A stretch of 64,000 bases of DNA from a virus (lineage: Duplodnaviria > Caudoviricetes), in IMG/VR virus record IMGVR_UViG_3300025392_000232, positions 1 through 64,000 of that record; one strand, given 5' to 3'. Shown here piece after piece: positions 58,640 to 64,000 of this stretch. Position 1 is the stretch's first letter. The number at the start of each line of letters is the position of its first letter. The translations under genes were made by a program, and so were the position numbers. The notes under the pieces were generated by a model. The model did no database searches. It had not been told where the DNA came from and worked only from the letters and a program-made list of their open reading frames with translations.

Positions 58640-59651
58640 GTTTCTTAGCCTGCTCGTATAGAGCAAAGCTAGCAAGGTTTTTACCTTTGGATTCGCACAT
58701 AATATCGTGTGTATTTAAAAAGCTCAAAGCCCATTCATTCGATGCTGTATTCCAGTAAAAATCTGAATGTGCTCTGAGCTTTTGTTTTTTGTAACCTTCT
58801 TTTAGTAAGTTTTCGTGGTGCGGCATTATACTAGTGTCATGATCTACGAGATAGTCTTCGCGAGATATTGAATAATGACAAGTAGGGCGCAGACCGCGCC
58901 AACTATCCACGACACGCTTAACGCGACTATCCTGGTTACTGATGTATTCGCCTTCACGTATCCAGTGATGGTGTATATCAAGCACAATAGGAACGATATC
59001 GCTAATAGTAAGACAGTCATCTAATCCCCATAAGTTTTCTTCGTTTTCAATTGTAATACAGTTGCGGGCTTCGGGTGAGAGTTTGTTGTAGGCACGTCGA
59101 ATACCTTCGGGACCTTGTTTACCCGAGATGTGGACATTGATTTTAAAATCCTGGAAGGTTTTACCGTAGCCCATGTAACGTGCCATATCAGCATGATATT
59201 CAAACTCTGCTATTGACCGTTCAACAATGCCTGGGTTATCACTTGCCATGACTGTAAACTGCCCAGGATGCATAGACAACCGAACATTGCTATTGCGAGC
59301 AATATCGCCCACTCTTTTGAACGCGGCGGCCGCGTATGAAACCACGTCAGGTTTATGCCAATAACTAGCATAGTCAGCGTGAGTATAAGCAGGCAAGATG
59401 TCACTACTAATCCTAACCATCCTAAGATGAGGGTCAAGTGTACTGACACGTTCAACCAATCTCCGTGTTGCTTCGATATTGCCTACCATTAGGTCCCATA
59501 ATTTCTGCTCCGCGACTTCTCTCGATTGTCTATTTAACCAAGAAATAGTTGTTGTACCAGTATTATACTGTTTGGCATCGTCCTTTGGACCAATGCCATC
59601 TGTTTGATGTGGAAAATCGATCCACTTACATGCAAAGCCTATACGTTTCAT
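58626..59651 (-). CDS. uvsE: UV-damage endonuclease
   Basis: IGFAC, RISS, RLSMHPGQF, NVH, IENEE, LDIHHH, HYS, AHSD, MCESK.K; true start MKRIGFAC. Confidence 0.92.
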   Translation of the reverse strand: MKRIGFACKWIDFPHQTDGIGPKDDAKQYNTGTTTISWLNRQSREVAEQKLWDLMVGNIEATRRLVERVSTLDPHLRMVRISSDILPAYTHADYASYWHKPDVVSYAAAAFKRVGDIARNSNVRLSMHPGQFTVMASDNPGIVERSIAEFEYHADMARYMGYGKTFQDFKINVHISGKQGPEGIRRAYNKLSPEARNCITIENEENLWGLDDCLTISDIVPIVLDIHHHWIREGEYISNQDSRVKRVVDSWRGLRPTCHYSISREDYLVDHDTSIMPHHENLLKEGYKKQKLRAHSDFYWNTASNEWALSFLNTHDIMCESKGKNLASFALYEQAKKLTLL

Positions 59652-59809
59652 TACCAATGCCTTATGACGCCTGCGATTATAAAAGTGTTTGTAAGTATAT
59701 ATGATAACACAATTAGGGTACGAATGCAAGCAATTCGATCCGATTCCTCGTCTGTTTTGCCTGCTTTTTCTCCTAAAGCCTTGGCCCAAAGTCGCCAAAG
59801 CCTCTTCAT
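59651..59809 (-). CDS. Small membrane protein (52 aa)
   Basis: Hand-translated MKRLWRLWAKALGEKAG...IIAGVIRHW; TAATG-coupled to both neighbours. Confidence 0.7.
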   Translation of the reverse strand: MKRLWRLWAKALGEKAGKTDEESDRIACIRTLIVLSYILTNTFIIAGVIRHW

Positions 59810-60063
59810 TAGCTAGCCCAATATTTAATTATTCCTACAACATACATAATACAAACTATGGCTTCAACGATAATCAAAGACCATTTACGCCAGATGATGC
59901 CTGTAAACAACCAAAGTAGATTGGTTACGAGACTAGCGTACAAGTATTCTGGATAGTAGTTGAGACTGGTAAGTGCTACTGATATCAAAAAAGATACAGT
60001 AGCAATCCATTCAATATAGATCTTACCCTTCGTAAATAGCTGAGTTAGCACCGTGTTCTGCAC
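59809..60063 (-). CDS. Small multi-pass membrane protein
   Basis: Three hydrophobic segments; start uncertain. Confidence 0.55.
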   Translation of the reverse strand: MQNTVLTQLFTKGKIYIEWIATVSFLISVALTSLNYYPEYLYASLVTNLLWLFTGIIWRKWSLIIVEAIVCIMYVVGIIKYWAS

Positions 60064-60472
60064 ATTCTACCCTTACACAATAGCAACGACCATTGCTTTT
60101 TTCTCTAATCAATTGATCGGCAAAATTGAAAGCATGTTCTGCAAATTTCTCTGCACCCACACCATCAAACATTCTAATTTCGGCTAGGCCTAATTCTTCT
60201 AGTTCTTGAAATTTGGCTAAGTGTGGATCTGCCAAATCCAAAGCCAATTTGTGATCAAACTTGTCTTCAAGCCATGCTTTGAGTTGTTTGAGTCCACCAA
60301 AGTCTACTGCCCAATTTTTATCATCTAGTGTGTCGCAACCAAATGTAAATGTAAATGCTAGACTATAACCATGTAGCAAATGACAATGACTATGATCCGC
60401 ATTGGGCTGTCTAAATACGGCACTCAATCCAATGTTGTGTCCGTAATGTTTTGTACTGTAATATTTTGCCAT
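60023..60472 (-). CDS. queD: 6-carboxy-5,6,7,8-tetrahydropterin synthase
   Basis: C..LHGY, VDFG.LK, FDH, E.FAE, terminal E...NSA.Y. Confidence 0.9.
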   Translation of the reverse strand: MAKYYSTKHYGHNIGLSAVFRQPNADHSHCHLLHGYSLAFTFTFGCDTLDDKNWAVDFGGLKQLKAWLEDKFDHKLALDLADPHLAKFQELEELGLAEIRMFDGVGAEKFAEHAFNFADQLIREKSNGRCYCVRVECAEHGANSAIYEG

Positions 60473-60487
60473 CTTTCATTTCCTTTA

Positions 60488-60536
60488 AGATGACACGCAG
60501 AGTTTATAATGCGGGATGAGCGTCTAAGTCCGCAAT
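60488..60536 (-). ncRNA. Candidate preQ1-like riboswitch/pseudoknot in the queD leader
   Basis: UGCGG-ACUUAGACGCUCAUC-CCGCA-UUAUAAACUCUGCGUGUC between the promoter and SD. Confidence 0.45.
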
Positions 60537-60541
60537 ATAGT

Positions 60542-60570
60542 TATTATACAGGTTTATTTAGTAATAGCAA
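60542..60570 (-). promoter_or_regulatory. Composite sigma70 plus TAAATA promoter of queD
   Basis: TTGCTA...ctaaataaacctgTATAAT; 19/20 identical to the folE promoter core. Confidence 0.7.
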
Positions 60571-60572
60571 GA

Positions 60573-61982
60573 CTACTGAGCATCGATTCTGCCAAAGCCT
60601 GCCCATTCACCCGGTGTACCTGAAGTAATACATACCCAACCAAGATAACTGCCTACTTGCGGATTTTGATTCCAGCAAATATCACCTTTATTGAATGTCC
60701 CACTAGTTGGGATAGTCATACTATTAGTAAAACGTTTTTCGCCAATATGTACATCACCATTTACTGCAAAGTTAAGATCTGCGTCAGGGTTATTAATGTT
60801 TACACTTAGTTTACCAAATACTTTTACAGGTTTAGTTTGATCAGATTTATCTCCAATGCTAACTTGGGTACCATCACCATAAACAACTTCTTTTTCATTT
60901 ACAGTTAGTTTGATTTGTTTGCTAGAGTTAATTTGATTATTACTCAGAGATAAACTTTGTGTACCGTCATTAAGTGTAATATTATCAACAATAATGTTAC
61001 TAAAACTAGCATCGCCTGCAACACTTAACGATTCTAGTACACCTACATTAACTAGATTAGAATTTAATATATTTGAACCGAGACTGTTGCTAGTAATTAC
61101 AGATTTGCCATCGATATAGTAACATTGGTCGGCACCTACTTCGATACTTTCACTTGAGTATAATCTTTCAGGATTTTCTAAAAGGATTAGTTGTCTTGTA
61201 CGATCTTCTCTTGCCCATAATAGTCCAAGCCCGTAGATATCAGTATCGCGTCCTGCAAAGAATTGCAATGGGTGACTACGATCAATTCTATTGTCTGTTT
61301 GTATGGATTCTACTGTTAAAGTGCCAGCGATATGTAAGTTTCCAACTACAGTAACATCGCCGCTATTCTTAACAACAATACGTTGCTGACCGTCTGTTAT
61401 CAACGCTAAATCGTGATTGCTATGTGTTCCGATTGTAGCTAAGTTTACTACAGGACTACCAATAACAATATTAACATTATTATCTAAAATATCGATACTT
61501 GCGGCTGGCTCTTCATTGCCAATACCTAAACGATTAAACGAACTATTAAAAAACGCAAAATCGCTAATTACAGCATCACCGCTTACTTCTAAACTAGATA
61601 ATGTTCCAATTTGAGTAAGATTACTTTTAGTAATAGTACGGCCTAGTTCGCCAGCACTTAGTACAGGAATATCATCAATGTTAAAACTAGATCCTTGGGC
61701 TAAATCAATTATGCCATTAGTCCATAAACGTCCGCCGGTACGATAGATTAATTGTGTGTTACCGCCACCCCAAGTCCAGCTAAATCCCTTACCAGCTAGG
61801 TCTGTTTCTAGATTAACTATCCAATCACCAACATTATTATTGTTTTGCGAGTCGCTTACAACAAGTTTACCAACGGTTACTGTTCCGTTGATTGTATAAT
61901 CGCCGTTGTGTACAAACTCGCCTGTTGAATTGGCCAGCTCTGAATTTAACAGTTGTACTATGCTATCTTGAATTTGGGTCAT
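60573..61982 (-). CDS. Tail-fibre-like structural protein
   Basis: Repeats SNL..[IV]G.L.SL.V.G; C-terminal PTSG....GDI.WN.NP..G...GWVC. Confidence 0.65.
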   Translation of the reverse strand: MTQIQDSIVQLLNSELANSTGEFVHNGDYTINGTVTVGKLVVSDSQNNNNVGDWIVNLETDLAGKGFSWTWGGGNTQLIYRTGGRLWTNGIIDLAQGSSFNIDDIPVLSAGELGRTITKSNLTQIGTLSSLEVSGDAVISDFAFFNSSFNRLGIGNEEPAASIDILDNNVNIVIGSPVVNLATIGTHSNHDLALITDGQQRIVVKNSGDVTVVGNLHIAGTLTVESIQTDNRIDRSHPLQFFAGRDTDIYGLGLLWAREDRTRQLILLENPERLYSSESIEVGADQCYYIDGKSVITSNSLGSNILNSNLVNVGVLESLSVAGDASFSNIIVDNITLNDGTQSLSLSNNQINSSKQIKLTVNEKEVVYGDGTQVSIGDKSDQTKPVKVFGKLSVNINNPDADLNFAVNGDVHIGEKRFTNSMTIPTSGTFNKGDICWNQNPQVGSYLGWVCITSGTPGEWAGFGRIDAQ

Positions 61983-62026
61983 GGAAAATACTCTCTTTTG
62001 AGTATTTATCCATGTTTGCTAGACCC

Positions 62027-63226
62027 TTATGCTACTTTTAGCAGTATTATGTCTTCGTTAATGCGTCCATTCATTTTAGTGTCTGTAGCATTAATGTCTT
62101 CTAAGAACTTGCGTAGTTGTACTTTACCTGCGGCTTTGAACTCTTTGAGCTTTTCCTCGGGCTTGCGTACAGTCTTTTGAATACTTTTGAATTCATCAAA
62201 TCCTGTAATTGTAGTGCCCTTGACCCCCAAGTCGTTAAATTCAGAGGCCACATACTTGCCCAATTTACGTGTCTTAGTGTTAAAGATCCAAAGTTCCTTA
62301 GTACCAATGATATCGGCAGGGTTAATGGACACTAACTTCAACGGCTCGTTCGATTTCATGTACTTGAGTTTGGCAACCAATTTCTCTTTAGGAACCGACT
62401 TCTTAGCACGTGGAGCACGATTAACTTTGGCTTCTTGTGCAAGCATATCACAGGCACTCATAATCTCTTGATAAAATGCAATCAAATTCTTAATTTGCTT
62501 CTTTGTACGATGGGCATAGCCCTCACGTAGCTGTTCATCTGCCTTGCCGGATGCCAACTCCTCCAGTTCAGCTAAATCCCTGCTGTAGAGGGTTTTAATA
62601 AGTCTAGCATGTGCGGCTTTGACTTGTTTTCCCTTGAGCAAGTTCAAAACTTTGAACGCTTTTGGATCAAAGTTTTCTGGATCATTTTGAAAACCTTCAA
62701 TGGCATCTTCCAACTCTTCAGTCATTCGGTAAGCGGCTTCTTTAACACGCTCTTGAATTGACGGTTGAACAACTGTAGGCTTTGCGGCCTCAGCGGCTTT
62801 TGCGTCATCTTCGTCGATATCGTTCTTGCCCTCTGCAATAACTTGTGCAATTTGACCACGCAACCAAGCGGCAGTGTCGCGTCCATCGTTAAAGTCTGCT
62901 CGAACTGCGGGCATACCGCGAAGCAAACAACTAGCAATGGCACCCATTGTAGTGTTACAACGACCATCTTTAGTCTTCTTAAATGCTACGATGTCAGCTT
63001 TGGTACAGCCAATATCAGTCATCCATTTGATAACTGCGGGCTTCAAATCCTTGCCGCTAAATTCCAATCGGTAGTATTCCATAGCATGATGCCAGTGACG
63101 CAGAAATTGTTCTGCTGTCATCTTCTCGACATTTTCCCAAACTGGGCTGTGATCTTTTACAGCTCGTGTGCGATGCGCAATTACCTGCTTTTTGGTAACA
63201 CGAGTTTTGGTTGCTACTTTAGCCAA
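62027..63226 (-). CDS. Conserved phage hypothetical protein (early)
   Basis: 399-aa basic protein; SINP..IIG..ELW.FN.KTRKL, NGRIN; TTG start after AGGAG. Confidence 0.75.
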   Translation of the reverse strand: MAKVATKTRVTKKQVIAHRTRAVKDHSPVWENVEKMTAEQFLRHWHHAMEYYRLEFSGKDLKPAVIKWMTDIGCTKADIVAFKKTKDGRCNTTMGAIASCLLRGMPAVRADFNDGRDTAAWLRGQIAQVIAEGKNDIDEDDAKAAEAAKPTVVQPSIQERVKEAAYRMTEELEDAIEGFQNDPENFDPKAFKVLNLLKGKQVKAAHARLIKTLYSRDLAELEELASGKADEQLREGYAHRTKKQIKNLIAFYQEIMSACDMLAQEAKVNRAPRAKKSVPKEKLVAKLKYMKSNEPLKLVSINPADIIGTKELWIFNTKTRKLGKYVASEFNDLGVKGTTITGFDEFKSIQKTVRKPEEKLKEFKAAGKVQLRKFLEDINATDTKMNGRINEDIILLKVA

Positions 63227-63257
63227 TTTTAGCTCCTGTTGTGTTTAACATGTGTAT

Positions 63258-63286
63258 ATTATACTGCCAATTGGTTATCATGTCAA
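63258..63286 (-). promoter_or_regulatory. Consensus sigma70 early promoter
   Basis: TTGACA-17-TATAAT. Confidence 0.85.
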
Positions 63287-64000
63287 CCGCTCATTTTCCT
63301 TAATAAATTTGAAAATTTCATGGGCCATCAGTCTATAACCTTCTCTGCTAGGATGCATACAATTGGTAATGTATTTTGAAGGCCATTCCAATTTTGAGTA
63401 ATAATCGTGATATGCACCCAACGCCAATTCTTCGTGATTTTCGTGTCCTTCAAACTTCAGTAGCAAATGCATAAAGCTGTTACAATTTTGGGGATATAAG
63501 AAGTTGCCCCACGGAATAGAATCAACCAAATCTGTAAAGTCTCTATCTGTTTTATTAATATTTTTAACAAATGAATCTCTCGTAATCCTTTGATCAAACG
63601 CACTAGCAATTATTAATTGCCAGCCATTGGCTTTACAAATCATTTCGGCTTCACGTAAGTTTAATAATGTTTCTAATGCTACAAATCGTTCACTCCAAAT
63701 ATCTTCTGCGTACACAGTCCATAAAGATTTATTAGTGGTATTCTTATCCCACGGATTTGGCCACATGGCAAAGAAGTGTGATGTGTCAGGAAAGTCTCGA
63801 TTAATAAAATCAAATCTTTCCATGCCACTTAACATATACACTACAATTACTTCGCTAGCATTACTAAGTTTGATTTCAGGATTAAGATACAGTTCTTTAA
63901 CAGATGCGCGATTACCCCTGCCCATTTGACCTAAGTTAATAGGAAGCCAGCCGTGTAAGTAACGATTGCACAGTTGAGATACCCAACTGTTTTCATACAT
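63278..64000 (-). CDS. SGNH/GDSL-hydrolase-like protein (5' end outside window)
   Basis: NLG..G.GN block and C-terminal xxHP...GY; N-terminus truncated. Confidence 0.55.
   Translation of the reverse strand: MYENSWVSQLCNRYLHGWLPINLGQMGRGNRASVKELYLNPEIKLSNASEVIVVYMLSGMERFDFINRDFPDTSHFFAMWPNPWDKNTTNKSLWTVYAEDIWSERFVALETLLNLREAEMICKANGWQLIIASAFDQRITRDSFVKNINKTDRDFTDLVDSIPWGNFLYPQNCNSFMHLLLKFEGHENHEELALGAYHDYYSKLEWPSKYITNCMHPSREGYRLMAHEIFKFIKENERLT

Noticed and set aside
59652-59798. N-terminal extension of uvsE given in the ORF track
   Set aside because: The region is better explained by a separate 52-aa gene (59651-59809); UvsE homology starts at MKRIGFAC.
1-64000. CRISPR array, tRNA or rRNA genes
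   Set aside because: No regularly spaced repeats or cloverleaf/T-loop signatures seen; intergenic gaps are short. tRNAscan and CRISPR finders were not run.
1-64000. Stop-codon reassignment
   Set aside because: Long intact ORFs under the standard code; TAA, TGA and TAG all end genes at sensible positions.

Overview
A 64-kb fragment of a large (probably jumbo) T4-like/Caudoviricetes phage genome. It is AT-rich, uses the standard genetic code and is coded almost entirely on the minus strand. The host is probably Gram-negative (GH19 endolysin plus two spanins). In window order it contains: (1) a 7-deazaguanine / sugar DNA-modification locus (folE, HIT, PRTase, cupin, GT-B glycosyltransferase, QueD-like protein, two dehydrogenases, DpdA/TGT-like transglycosylase, UDP-glucose dehydrogenase), with a canonical queD 60 kb away; (2) T4-type replication genes (sliding clamp, family B polymerase, DsbA-like protein, clamp loader); (3) a block of probable head-packaged proteins with capsid-targeting-like leaders and Glu-delimited peptide modules; (4) a ClpA/PDF/DnaJ/GroES proteostasis set; (5) a lysis cassette; (6) phoH and an APS-kinase/sulfotransferase pair; (7) baseplate and tail genes; (8) erpA, sod, uvsE and queD. 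The most striking signals are a complete animal-type heme peroxidase domain inside a baseplate-like protein, phycobiliprotein-like CxRD repeats in a 4570-aa tail protein, a preQ1-riboswitch-like leader on queD whose promoter is almost identical to the folE promoter, and a deazaguanine-plus-sugar hypermodification cluster. All family calls come from motif recognition by eye; no database searches were run.
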